NCBI GenBank assembly: GCA_951406725.2
Contig: OX597828.1
Coordinates: forward strand, 7,192,001-7,256,000
DNA length: 64,000 nt
Source: Octopus vulgaris
Lineage: Eukaryota
Reading direction: 5' to 3'
The notes under the pieces were generated by a model that searched no databases, was not told the origin of the DNA, and worked only from the letters and a program-made list of their open reading frames with translations. The translations under genes and the position numbers were made by a program. Below, in pieces: positions 38,733 through 53,368 of the stretch (the first letter of the stretch is position 1; each line of letters starts with the position of its first letter).

Positions 38733-40080
38733 CATGTATGTATGTATGTATGTATGTATGTACGTTTGTATGTATGTATGTATGTATGTTTGTATGTATG
38801 TATGTTTGTATGTATGTATGTATGTATGTATGTTTGTATGTATGTATGTATGTATGTATGTTTGTATGTATGTATGTATGTATGTATGTTTGTATGTATG
38901 TATGTATGTATGTATGTTTGTATGTATGTATGTATGTATGTATGTATGTATGTTTGTATGTATGTATGTATGTATGTAAGTATGTATGTATGTATGTATG
39001 TATGTTTGTATGTATGTATGTATGTATGTTTGTATGTATGTATGTATGTATGTATGTTTGTATGTATGTATGTATGTATGTATGTTTGTATGTATGTATG
39101 TATGTATGTTTGTATGTATGTATGTATGTATGTATGTTTGTATGTATGTATGTTTGTATGTATGTTTGTATGTATGTATGTATGTATGTATGTATGTTTG
39201 TATGTATGTATGTTTGTATGTATGTATGTATGTATGTATGTATGTATGTATGTATGTATGTATGTATGTATGTATGTATGTATGTTTGTATGTATGTATG
39301 TATGTATGTATGTTGTATGTATGTATGTATGTATGTATGTATGTATGTTTGTATGTATGTATGTATGTATGTTTGTATGTATGTATGTATGTATGTATGT
39401 ATGTATGTTTGTATGTATGTATGTTTGTATGTATGTATGTATGTATGTTTGTATGTATGTATGTATGTATGTATGTATGTTTGTATGTATGTATGTATGT
39501 ATGTATGTATGTTTGTATGTATGTATGTATGTATGTTTGTATGTATGTATGTATGTATGTATGTTTGTATGTATGTATGTATGTATGTATGTATGTATGT
39601 TTGTATGTATGTATGTATGTATGTATGTATGTTTGTATGTATGTATGTATGTATGTATGTATGTTTGTATGTATGTATGTATGTATGTTTGTATGTATGT
39701 ATGTATGTATGTATGTATGTATGTATGTATGTATGTATGTTTGTATGTATGTATGTATGTATGTATGTTTGTATGTATGTATGTATGCATGTGTATGTAT
39801 GTGTGTATGTATGTATGTGTGTGTGTATGTATGTATGTATGTATGTATGTGTGTATGTATGTATGTGTGTGTGTATGTATGTGTGTGTGTATGTATGTAT
39901 GTATGTATGTGTGTGTGTATGTATGTATGTGTGTATGTGTGTATGTATGTATGTATGTGTGTATGTGTATGTATGTATGTATGTGTGCGTATGTATGTAT
40001 GTGTGTGTGTGTATGTATGTGTGTGTATATGTATATGTGTATGTATGTATGTATGTATGTATGTATGTATGTATATATGT
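38733..40080. repeat. About 1.35-kb (TATG)n array with interspersed TTTG then TGTG variants
   Basis: Seen directly. It accounts for the 350-470 aa spurious ORFs. Confidence 0.97.
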
Positions 40081-40677
40081 ACGTGTTTGTTTGTTTTTTA
40101 TTTGTTACTAATCTTTCATGAATAAGGGTGCTGGGTTTTAAAAAAGAAATAAAAGCTCCATCATTGGAACGTGGATAACAACAAAAATAATTGCTATATA
40201 TCGAACTTTTAGAAAATGTTGCATATTTTTACTGTTCCGCATACAGACTTTACCTCTAGAGTAGGTCGCCGGTCTCTTTCTTTGCTTGAAACTCAAAGCT
40301 CCTCCGGATTGTAGCTTAGACATTTACTAGCATAATTGAGCGCACTAATGATTATAATTATTGATACAAAAGTAACTTCATAATTAGGATTAGAGGAGTT
40401 ACAAGTTTCGAAGCAGGGAAATGTTCTCATCTGAAGGGCAACTTACTTCTATGACTCTACATCACTTTTCTTTCCCGATCCAAATAACTATATCAGATCT
40501 GTTATGTTGGGTAGAAAATTTCATGGAATTGCTTCCCTATGCACGTATTCCAAAGCATATGTTTTCTCAGGGCATATCTCCATCCCCTGTGAATGGTATT
40601 CTTTAGTTTTAGTAACGATATCGTACCACAATGGGAAGTAGTACCTCAGTGACATCTCTGGACGGTTGCTGATAACA

Positions 40678-40893
40678 AGGCGGTTAGTTGGCAGAAACGT
40701 TAGCACGCCGGGCGAAATGCTTAGCAGTATTTCGTCTGGCATTCCGTTCTGAGTTCAAATTCCGCCAAGGTCGACTTTGCCTTTCATCCTTAGTGGGTCG
40801 ATAAATTAAGTACCAGTTGCATACTGGGGTCGATCTAATCGACTGGAATCCTCCCTCAAAATTTCGGGCCTTGTGCCTAGGGTAGAAAAGAAC
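40678..40893 (+). mobile_element. SINE family B, full length, tail type 2
   Basis: aggcggttagttggcagaaacgttagc...gggccttgtgcctagggtagaaaaga. Confidence 0.92.
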
Positions 40894-41087
40894 ATGTTTT
40901 TTGTTCCCCGCCCCCAGGATAGTATAATTTGGTTGGATTTTGAAATTTTAAAGACTTCCCTCTCTCGTTTGTTCATGAGATATTTTGTAGCTTATGCCTG
41001 TTCTTAGATTGTAAAAACCTAGCCTACAAGATGTGATGTACTGTAGTGGTGTACAAGGCCAGAAGAAGCTAAACTTCATGTCAATAT

Positions 41088-41232
41088 TTGTTCCAAATTT
41101 TGGCACAAGGCCAACAATTTTTGGAGAGAGGTCAGTCGGTTACGTGGACCCCTGGGTTCAACTGTATTCATTTTATCGACCCCGAAAGAATAAAAGGCAT
41201 AGTCAACCTCGGTGTAATTGGAACCCAGAACG
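41088..41232 (-). mobile_element. SINE family B, diverged, tail type 2
   Basis: tttggcacaaggcc...tttatcgaccccgaaag...gaacccagaacg. Confidence 0.75.
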
Positions 41233-41245
41233 ACTCCATGTCAAT

Positions 41246-41779
<534 letters not shown>

Positions 41780-41793
41780 GATTTCATGTCAAT

Positions 41794-42340
41794 ACTGTCA
41801 ACTTTTTTATGAGAAACATACCCATGCGTGACTTTCTTCTGATATATAGAGTGTTTCTCTTCCGGGATTTTGTGAAGATATGCGGATCCTGTTTTTCTGG
41901 GCTCGCACAGGAGGTCAACAGGAAGTAAATGTTTGTTAAGGAGTTCGTTAATGACCTGCAGGATGTCATTCACTTAAGTTTTTCGGCATTCGGTTGATAT
42001 ATTTATTTTTACTGCAAATCTATAGTAGATGTTTCCTTTCATGCAGCGCTTAAAGGCTGTTTGCTCAAATCTCAAATCTTAAGCCTCTTCCTCCTTCTTT
42101 TCTTCTGAGATAGAATCTATCGGTATCTCTATTTCTGTTGAAATTTGCAGTCAGTCTCAAGATCTTGCAGGTTTTTATGTCTAAGGAGTGGATTTCCTCT
42201 ACAGCTCAGCCGAGATCCCCAAATGCTAGTATTAGTACGAATACTTCAAATGCGTTTTTGGATGTTGCCATGTTGGAGGAAGAAGTCTCTGACTGTCATA
42301 AAGTCTGGTGCGATTCTCTATCCATGATATCCTTGTGATA
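41794..42340 (-). pseudogene. Second R4/Dong-like LINE fragment
   Basis: Minus strand NAFEVFVLILAFGDLG*AVEEIHSLDIKTCKILRLTANFNRNRDTDRFYLRRKEGGRGL, the post-RT 'RLY..R.EGGRGL' motif, homologous to about 28030-28210. Confidence 0.8.
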
Positions 42341-42604
42341 CTATATCTTTGTGTATGATACAATTTTATCAATACCTAGGTATTTTTTGCACTCATTTTG
42401 TAGATAGGGGGGAAATAAAAGGATCATTGACTTTAAAGTTTGGGGTTTGGGGATTGTTTACCTACGTTCATCTGTTGAATATAAACATTTCATTTTGGAC
42501 AAATTACATCTCTGTATCAATTAGAAATGTTATATAAGGCAGCTGCTTTTCAACATTATATATATTTCGGGCATAAATTTTTAGATTTTCTATGAAGAAA
42601 TATC

Positions 42605-42820
42605 GGTTTCGTATTTTTGCACAAGGCCAGCTATTTCGGGAGGAGGGGTTAAGTCGATTGCCTCGACCCCAGTGCTTAACTGGTACCTTATTTTATAGAC
42701 CCCGAAAGGATGAAAGGCAAAGTCGACCTCGGCGGAATTTGAAATCAGAACGTGAAGACTCCCCGAATTGCCGCTAAGCATTTTGCCCGATTAGCTAAAT
42801 ACTCTGTTGACTTGCCACCA
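42605..42820 (-). mobile_element. SINE family B, tail type 2
   Basis: gaccccgaaaggatgaaaggcaaagtcgacctcggcggaatttgaa core. Confidence 0.85.
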
Positions 42821-43688
42821 TAATGATGGATAGTATTAGTGTGCCTTGCTGTTAAAGAACTTAGCACACAGCCAGTGGACTTTCGTAGGAGGAATGACAG
42901 TGAATTTAGACTCAAAATGAAACATAATTACAGATAGATTATCGACTTCGAATATTCCCGTTGAAATATTTAGAGCCAACCGTTTCACTTTCAGTTACAA
43001 GTGAGGATTATAGACTGGGACTTCATGAGCCATTCGAGGGCAGCTGTTAAGGCAGTCAGGATTAATACTAGCTGTAAATTACCTCAGTAGCCATGAGTGG
43101 AAAATAGATTCAACGTGAAGTAGGTTTAGAAATTTTGAATTTGAAAATGAGAAATACGAGGAACACCAGAAAGAAGCATAGAATTCAAACATACACACAC
43201 GCGCATCACGCACTGATATTATCTCAGGTTGAATACTGCAGTAAATTAGGCTTGCAATAATATATCTGCTTTTAGTATGATATACAGATTGCTATTTTAT
43301 AGTAATTCTGTTTCTGTCGCACACAACGAATTATTCTTCAGCTTGCCGGTTAATTGCAATATCAGTGATGTTTCTCAATCACTGTATTATTATATTAGTT
43401 ACAACCACTTTGTATCACAATGCGGTTCTCAAGGGATGCTTACTACTGATGGAACTCGAAGTGACAGAAATACACAATCCTACCACCGCTGCTGAACAAT
43501 TTTCGTCTGCTACTGATATTGTTCTGTGGTTTTTAACGCTCTACGCCTATGATAAATGCTATCTCGTAACGAATACCCCAGTAAATTAGGCTTGTATCTG
43601 CTTTAAGCATGATACACAGATTGCTACATACTTCATATATTAATGCAATATTAAACAGACTAACCAAGCTAAATTCAAATCAAATAAA

Positions 43689-43776
<88 letters not shown>

Positions 43777-43778
<2 letters not shown>

Positions 43779-44155
43779 GTTCGGAGTTCAGTCCCACTGC
43801 GTGGCACTTTAGGCAAGTGACTTCTATTATAGCCTCGGACAGACCAAAGCCTTGTGAGTGGATTTGGTGGACGAGAGCTGAAAGAAGCCTGTCGTATTTA
43901 TATATATGTTTGTATTTATTTATGTGTGTGTCTTTGTATTTGTGCTTGTCCCCACCCCACCATCGTTTGACAATCAATGTTGGTGTGTTTACGGCCCCGT
44001 AACATAGCGGTTCAGCAGAAAAGATCGATTGAATGAGTACAGGACTTACAAAGAATAAGTTCTGGAGTCGATTTTTTAAACTAAAATCCTTCAAGGCGGT
44101 GCTCCAGCGTGACCGCAATAAAAATGACTGAAACATGTAAAAGAATAAAAGAGTA
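43777..44155 (+). mobile_element. SINE family A
   Basis: Body and tail match the family. Confidence 0.85.
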
Positions 44156-44199
44156 CACACACACGCGCACATATGTATGCATATACAATACATATATGA

Positions 44200-44242
<43 letters not shown>

Positions 44243-44700
44243 CATATGCAACACCCACACCCACGCATATATGTATGTATTAAAGTATACGTATATACTA
44301 CATGCGGAACAGATTCGTATTTCGGTTTGGTGGATAAATAAAAATAAATATTTAAAAAAAAATTGTTGGAATCATCTTCTTCAGTCTGCCCAACATTGTT
44401 GTAAGATTTTGGTTTATTAAGCTCTTTGTTGGAAGTCTCCATGAAAAAATTTTATTTTGAGAAATATCTATAATTTATAAGCTCCATGTATAAGCTCTAG
44501 CGGACTTTATGTAAATAGAAGAGATTCGAAGTCAGAATCGTTGCGAACCAATCTGATGTCTCAATTATTCAGTCGCTTATGCGTTAATAACCTCGTCCAC
44601 TTCAAATATCCGCTATTTCACTTCAGGATAATGAAAATTCTGTTCGATTTTTTTTACATATATCCATCGCCAGAAACACAATCGTATCCCGGATTTTATA

Positions 44701-45266
44701 TTGGGTTGTCCGGAAAGTTCGTGCCGATTTTTAAAGGAAAGAAAAAGGTCAATAAATACTTGCCATTACATTCTTGATCGACCAAATATGAACCATTTTG
44801 TTGCACAATCCGTCTCCATCTTTCTTTTAACTTGAAAATACCCTCTTTCCAGAATTGAGGTGGTTTCATGGCAAAGAATTCATCAAGGTAGCTTTTTACA
44901 TCATCCAAGGAATTGAAAGTTTTACTATTAAGACTATTCTGCAGAGATCTGAATAAGTGGAAATCCGAAGGAGCAATATCTGGTGAATATGGAGGGTGGG
45001 GTAACACATCCCAGCCGAGCTGCAGCAATTTTTGTCTGGTTCCCAAAGCATCAAGTACCGAAAATGAACTTTCTTATCTTTCATTTTAAAAGGTTACAGA
45101 ACTAACACAGGTTATAGGAACATAAACCTTCTTCCACGAAAAGATAGCTTAAACTGTGCTCTTAATGGAGGTGTAGTCAAATCCTATTTTATGGACTCAA
45201 ATATGTTCTAAAATAAGTCGAAAGGTAAGCTGCTATAAATCGGTACGAATTTTTCGGACAACCCAA
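44701..45266 (-). mobile_element. Internally deleted mariner (mellifera-subfamily-like), 566 bp
   Basis: TA-ttgggttgtccggaaagttcgtgccgattt ... aaatcggtacgaatttttcggacaacccaa-TA. N-terminus MKDKKVHFRYLML is fused out of frame to the C-terminus LGWDVLPHPPYSPDIAPSDFHLFRSLQNSL...ERWRRIVQQNGSY. Confidence 0.95.
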
Positions 45267-45998
45267 TAATAATAAAATTTTTGTGTATTGTTTTCAGTTC
45301 AGTGAGTTTTTTCAAGTAAGCATTATATCAATTTATACGACTCTTAGTTGACTCGCATCTTGGGTAAGTGTTTTTACCGTATATTCAGGTGTTTCTAAAC
45401 CACGCCAAAGAATTTGGGGTTGTCACAAAATTTCTTGGGTTCTCGTCGTATGGATTTTAACTGTATTTGAAAGATCCATATTTGTCTATCTTGAATCGTT
45501 AAGCGTACATGTGACTGCGGAACACGCAGCCACTTCGCTGGCTAACTCTATGATCTGTCCGTCCATTTGATTGAATAACTGGTCTTTCGCGCGAATATAT
45601 GGACGAAAGAGTACATCATCATCATCGGTATCATCATCATCATTATCGTCATCGTCATTGTCATCATCATCATCATCATCATCATCGTCATCGTCGTCGT
45701 CATCATCATCATCATCGTCGTCGTGGTAGTGGTGGTAGTAGCCGTTGTCATCGTCGTTGTCACCGCCGTCATCATCGTCATCATTGTTGTCATCACCATT
45801 TATGAATTTATACATGCATGTACGGATGATTCTATGTATGTACATACGTGTATGCAAATATTATGTGTGCGTGTGTGTTTAAATGTTTATGCGTATGTGT
45901 GTATACATTCATACACGCATAGAAACCAGCTCCTTGCTAAGAAGAAGATTTCAAATAAAAAACAGAAATGAATATATGTGTGTATGTGTTGATATGTG

Positions 45999-46029
<31 letters not shown>

Positions 46030-46052
46030 TGTATGTATGTATATATATATAT

Positions 46053-46242
46053 TACTTGTTTCAGTCATTTGACTGCGGCCATGCTGGAGCACCGCCTTTT
46101 AGTCGAGCAAATCGACCCCGGGACTTACCTTTGTAAGCCCAGTACTTATTCTATCGGTCTCTTTTGCCGAACCGCTAAGTGACGGGGACGTAAACACACC
46201 AGCATCGGTTGTCAAGCAATGCTAGGGAGACAAACACAGATA

Positions 46243-46326
<84 letters not shown>

Positions 46327-46480
46327 CGACAGGCTTCTTTCAGTTTCCGCCTACCAAATCCACTCACAAGGCATTGGTCGGCCCGAGGCTATAGCAGAAG
46401 ACACTTGCCCAAGATGCCCCGCAGTGGGACTGAACCCGGAACCATGTGGCTGGTTAGCAAGCTACTTACCACACGCCACT

Positions 46481-46483
<3 letters not shown>
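46053..46483 (-). mobile_element. SINE family A, near full length
   Basis: Highly similar to 5647-6075. Confidence 0.92.
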
Positions 46484-46534
<51 letters not shown>

Positions 46535-46658
46535 AATGTATGTATGCATGCATGGATATATGTATGCAAGTATGCATATATATTATATGCATACATACAT
46601 ATACACACACGCATATGTATACATACATAGACGTATATACACATTGATATATCCATGC

Positions 46659-46753
<95 letters not shown>

Positions 46754-46905
46754 CGTACGTGTGTGTGCCTGCAAGCACCTTTGCGTTTGCCTGTGCGCAT
46801 TTATTTATGCATGCCACAAAGAAATGTGCATAACATATAATGCACTGTGGAATAACGAACACGCACGCACGCACATGCACGCATGCGCGCGCACCCACAC
46901 CCACA

Positions 46906-46939
<34 letters not shown>

Positions 46940-47568
46940 TACTCATGCACCCACGCACCCTTACGCACCGACGCGCGCACAGAAACAAGCAGCTAACATA
47001 CAGTGCACCCTCTAAAACCAATGACCTAGATATTGATTTTCGCACAGGGCACATGCACTTGTCCCTTATTTCTAAGGTTAGGGAGCGCATCCGATGGATG
47101 TACACAAAGGTAGGCGCTCAGTATGGCATTCATTTCTAAGCAACGCATTTCCGAGCTGGCGTTGTGAAAGTATATTCGTTACGTAGCCAGCCTATACCAG
47201 TGGTTTCCTACAAGGAAAAAACACATGCTTGTCACGTAATCATATTTTATAAAGATTGTGCTTTTTCTGTCTTTTTTTTTGATTTTTTTTAGATTCGAGA
47301 CCGTCCTACGTTAGGATTTCTTAGAAATTTCATTTTTCTTGCGCCTTTGTTTATCTGTTATATATTACAAAGTGTGTGTGTTTGTGTGTGTGTGTGTGTC
47401 CGTGTGGATGGGGTGAGTGCTTGTGTGCGTGCTCGTGTGTGTGTATCTGTTTGTGTGTGTGTGTGTGAGTTTGTAGACATTGTTATAGATATAAATACAT
47501 ATATAAAATCATAGTGCCATTTATATATTATATATATATATATACATACTTATATATATATACACATA

Positions 47569-47604
<36 letters not shown>

Positions 47605-47803
47605 CAGACAGACAGACAGACAGATGCATATATACATGAATATATAAATATGTGTACGTACGTACGTATGTATGTATGTATGTATGTATGTATGTATGTA
47701 TGTATGTATGTATGTATATGTGTATGTATGTATGTATGTATGTATGTATCTATATATATATGTGTGTGTATATATGTATGTATATATATATATATATATA
47801 TAC

Positions 47804-47854
<51 letters not shown>

Positions 47855-48542
47855 TGTGTGTATATATATATTTGTGTATGTATGTATATATGTAAATAGT
47901 TCGATAGTTAAATAGATAGATAGATAGATAGACAGATAGATAGACATATGTGTGTGTGTATGAGTAACTACTTGCATGCATATGTTTTAAATGTAAGTTT
48001 ATACAGAAATATATATACGCATATATCAATATATGTATACATGCTTGAATATGCATGAATATACATAAATTGACAGTAAATAAAATGTTTATGCATACAC
48101 ACATTCGCACGTACACACACACAAACACAGACACTCACATACACACACACACACACATAGATAGCCATTGACAGCCAAATACATGTTTATATGGATGTAT
48201 CTGGTTGTAGGTGTGTATATAATGATATATGCATGCGATTATATGTATGCATCCCACTCAAATTCCTTCCTAACCCTAACCCTAACCTCCTTCATTCAAA
48301 TACACACCAAATCTCTCTCTCTCTCTCTCTCTCTTCCTCTCTTTCTTATACTTTCTCTCTCTCTGTCTCACTCACGTTCCCTCTCACTCCCTCTCTCTTA
48401 CATACACAGTCGCCAACACACAGACAAATCCCCAGAAAAGAAGGTTTCTACTAATTTTAAATAAAATTTAAGATAAGGAAACTTTTTCAATTAACTACAT
48501 GGATATATACATACAATGAAAAACGAAGTATATATATGTACA

Positions 48543-48629
<87 letters not shown>

Positions 48630-48695
48630 TGATATATATATATATATGTATGTGTGTATTATGTAAATAGGTATATCTATCCATCCACCTATCTA

Positions 48696-48762
<67 letters not shown>

Positions 48763-48767
48763 GTATT

Positions 48768-48813
<46 letters not shown>

Positions 48814-49342
48814 CTATCTATATGCATATATAAATACATGTATTTATATACTGTATATCACTTCACACACACATGCATGCACGCGCACACACACGTGTGT
48901 GTATGTAAGAATGTATGTAGGTATCTATAGTTCTAAAACATGATGTACGTTTTCATGCACGCACGCACACACACACACACATACACACACACACGTGTGT
49001 GTATGTAAGAATGTATGTAACGATGCACGTTATCACAGACGTATCTTTATGTAGAATCGTTCTTGCACAAATACAAATACATGTCTATATAAACTTTCCA
49101 CTCTATCTTTCTGTTAGTGTGTGTGTGTGTGTGAGTGTACACATATCTGTGTGTAGGTATGCGTGTATGTATGTGGGTATATATATATAAGTGTATGTGT
49201 GTGTGAGTGTGTGTATAGAAATATATTTTTATACATATATGGATGTACGTGCATGCATATGTACACGTACACACACACACACAGATATGCATATTCACAA
49301 ATACAAACATAGACACAGTCTCTCGCACTATTCCTTCTTGTA

Positions 49343-49570
49343 TTTACTTGTTTTCGGTTATTAAACTGCGGCCAAACTGTAGCACCACCTTAGAGCCATT
49401 CACTGGGACGAATGGATACTTACTTACTTATCACTCTTATTATTATTTATTTTTGAAGTCTGGTACTTTTTCTACCATTCCCATTTGCCGTGCCGTTAGG
49501 TTACGAGTTCCTAAATTGACCAACACCAAGGGTCAAGCGGACGTAGAGATCAAAAACTGAAGGACACACA
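49343..49570 (-). mobile_element. SINE family A, old 3' part
   Basis: Degenerate 'ttacttgttttcggttattaaactgcggcca...agcaccacctt'. Confidence 0.55.
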
Positions 49571-49576
49571 TGCACA

Positions 49577-49701
<125 letters not shown>

Positions 49702-49900
49702 GTCTGTCTGTCTGTCTGTCTGGCTGTCTGTCTGTAAATCCATCTATCTGTCTGTCTGTCTATAACAATACATATATATTTTTTTATTTATTTATTTATT
49801 CATTTATTTATACTTTATTTAAAAGCTGCTTTTAAAAAAAGCATATTACTCTGCCTCTGGTATTTGAGTACTCTTTTTTCACATTTATGTGTTTACCCCG

Positions 49901-49951
<51 letters not shown>

Positions 49952-50483
49952 TATACATACACTCACACACACATACATACATACATATATGTATGTATAT
50001 ATTTATACATAGATATATAAATGTTCCCCAATGTTTATGTTTGTATACATATGTGAATATATATGCACATTATGTACGCTTGTATACATACATTTGTATA
50101 TGTATGCATACGTGTTTTGAGTGCATGTCTGTGTGTCTGAATATATGTGCGTGTGTGTATGTATGTGTCTGAGTGTAGGCTGTGAGTTTGCATAATACTG
50201 GGGCAGTGGGCTAAACCCCTCAAGGTATTTCTCTCGGCTCTTTACATTCTCAGTTCAATTCCGGTGAGTTCAACGATGTATTTACGACTCCTGTGGTCAA
50301 CATGATAGGGCAGAGGCCAAATACATGATGACATCACCGTTCTGCAACAGTCACATGCTGGAAGCGAACTAGGTAAAGACGGGAAGAAGTTAAAAACTTT
50401 TCATACCCCTTGTTATTGCAGTGGAAACAAAAATCATTTGATTCGTAGAGGCTGATATAAAGGCAATACACTGTTGCGAGTGA

Positions 50484-50707
50484 AAGGCGGCGAGCTGGCA
50501 GAAGCGTTAGCACGCCGGGCGAAATGCGCAACCGTATTTCGTCTGCTGTTACGTTCTGAGTTCAAATCCCGCCGAGGTCGACTTTGCCTTTCATCCTTTC
50601 GGGGTCGATAAATCAAGTTCACTGGGGTCGATATAATCAACTTAATCCGTATGTCTGTCCTTGTTTGTCCCCTCTGTGTTTAACTCCTTGTGGGTAGTAA
50701 AGAAATA
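50484..50707 (+). mobile_element. SINE family B, full length, tail type 1
   Basis: Perfect 19-bp TSD aatacactgttgcgagtga at 50465-50483 and 50708-50726. Confidence 0.95.
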
Positions 50708-51170
50708 AATACACTGTTGCGAGTGATGTATGCATGTATGTATGGATGGATGGATGTGTGTATGGATATATGCATGTATATATATACGTTCCACACATGT
50801 ATTTATGCTTGTAAATGTATAAATAAGTGCATGCACGCCTTTATGTTATACGCCTGTATAAGCACATGCATACGTATATGTATATCGATATATATGCATA
50901 AGTGTGTATCTGTATGAATATATATGTATATATGTATATATGTAATTGTGCATGTATGTATGCATTTATGTGTGTATGTATGTAAGCACCTATCTATCTA
51001 ATTTTCTGTATCTTTTTCATTCTTCCCTTCTGTCTATGTATGTATATTTCCATGCTTTTGCATATGTATACACATCTCTCTCTCTCTCTCTCTCTCTCTC
51101 TGTTACTATATATATATACACATATATATACAAATATATATGAATATATGTACATAGGTATATATGAATG

Positions 51171-51227
<57 letters not shown>

Positions 51228-51340
51228 AGTGTGCATGTGTGTACATATATGCGTATACATACATACCTTTATATACACATGCAAAACGCAGTTACACAAA
51301 CACACATATATAAATGCATATATGTATGAATCTAAGTATT

Positions 51341-51432
<92 letters not shown>

Positions 51433-51455
51433 TACATATATATATACATATATAT

Positions 51456-51503
<48 letters not shown>

Positions 51504-51828
51504 ATGTATCTATGTATGTATTTGTTTTATTATCTATCTATCTATCTATCTATCTATATATATATATTTATTTATATATATATATATGCACACACTTGTA
51601 ACGGTGTAACAGTAGAGAGTATATGCATGTGTATTTATGTATCAATAAAAAAACACACGTATACTTATTGACATGCATTCACGGTCTAGGCCCTGTACGT
51701 TCCCATTAAACGCATGCCCGCGCACACACGTCCTCATACACACGAGCGCATTTATATGTATATATATATATGTATGTATGTATGAATGTATGTCTGTATA
51801 TATATACGTACATTTATATATATATATG

Positions 51829-51879
<51 letters not shown>

Positions 51880-51893
<14 letters not shown>

Positions 51894-52052
51894 GTATGTA
51901 TATATATATATATATGTATACACATTTATGTATATATATATATCCATACATGCATGTGTGTGTATGTATATGTATATATATATATCGCATTGACCGCACC
52001 TCTCTCTCCCTCTCTTTACATTTATATATATATATATATACACATATAAATG

Positions 52053-52110
<58 letters not shown>

Positions 52111-52212
52111 CATTTATGTATATATATATATATATATATATATCCATACATGCATGTGTGTGTATGTATATGTATATATATATCTCACTGACCGCACCTC
52201 TCTTTCTCTCTC
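51880..52212. repeat. Local tandem duplication (about 210-bp period) within TA-rich DNA
   Basis: 'tatccatacatgcatgtgtgtgtatg...tgaccgcacctctct' occurs at about 51941-52005 and about 52141-52203. Confidence 0.8.
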
Positions 52213-52582
52213 TGTGGATTGGCATATACACACTCACAAATACATCTTTGCGACCGTGCAGCCAGACACACACACGACCTCAGGCGTATGTGCGTGTGTG
52301 TATGAATGCCTCTCAATTAGTAAACATGAAACATATGACACCTCTCATAAGGTGAAAAATTTATCGAACCTGAGAGATATGGGTCTGAGTTACATAGGCC
52401 TGTGCACGTTTGCACATACTTAAGGTGATATACATATATATACTTATATCTATATATAAATGTGTGTGTGTATATATATATATATATGTATAGATATATG
52501 TAGTTATATACTTATATTTGTATATATACATGTATATACGCATAGGCATATATATATGTATATGTATATGTGTGTGCGTATA

Positions 52583-52629
<47 letters not shown>

Positions 52630-52728
52630 ACTCACATATATACATACACACACATGTATGTATATATATCTATATATATACATACATATATATATGTTTA
52701 TATATATATATATAATATAATATATAAC

Positions 52729-52765
<37 letters not shown>

Positions 52766-52816
52766 GGGTGAAGTGAAGGAGAGAAAAATGGAAGTGGTAG
52801 TGAGAAACATATATAC

Positions 52817-52854
<38 letters not shown>

Positions 52855-52906
52855 GACATACATAATACATACATACATGCATACATATATACATACATAT
52901 ATATAC

Positions 52907-52940
<34 letters not shown>

Positions 52941-52974
52941 GTATATGTATTTGTATATATGTATATATATATAA

Positions 52975-53006
<32 letters not shown>

Positions 53007-53078
53007 ATATAAATATATATATGTATATATATATATGTATTATATATATATATATATTATATATATATATATATATAT

Positions 53079-53120
<42 letters not shown>

Positions 53121-53323
53121 GACCTAGTGCATGTGCATGCACATCGATATGTTTGCAGGTAGATGTGTAGGTGAGTAGATGTAATGTGTTATCAGAAAGG
53201 ATTTAACTTATATCTTTATTTTGAACGTTATCGATCTAAGAGACAATAATTGCTATTGTATTAAGGTAGGTCCCAGCGTCTGATTGTTCCTCTGTGTATG
53301 AAGGTGCAAATGTGAGTGCGTGC

Positions 53324-53368
<45 letters not shown>

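Noticed and set aside
38702-40125. 350-470 aa ORFs (MYVC/HTYI repeats), also 29917-31041 and many shorter ones
   Set aside because: These are pure translations of microsatellites; repeats lacking stop codons are open in several frames.
45486-45857. Acidic poly-Asp protein exon
   Set aside because: Driven by (GAT)n; the 40-aa unique part has no recognisable domain or convincing splice context.
48268-48288. (CCCTAA)3 telomeric-like repeat
   Set aside because: Too short to indicate a telomere or fusion site.
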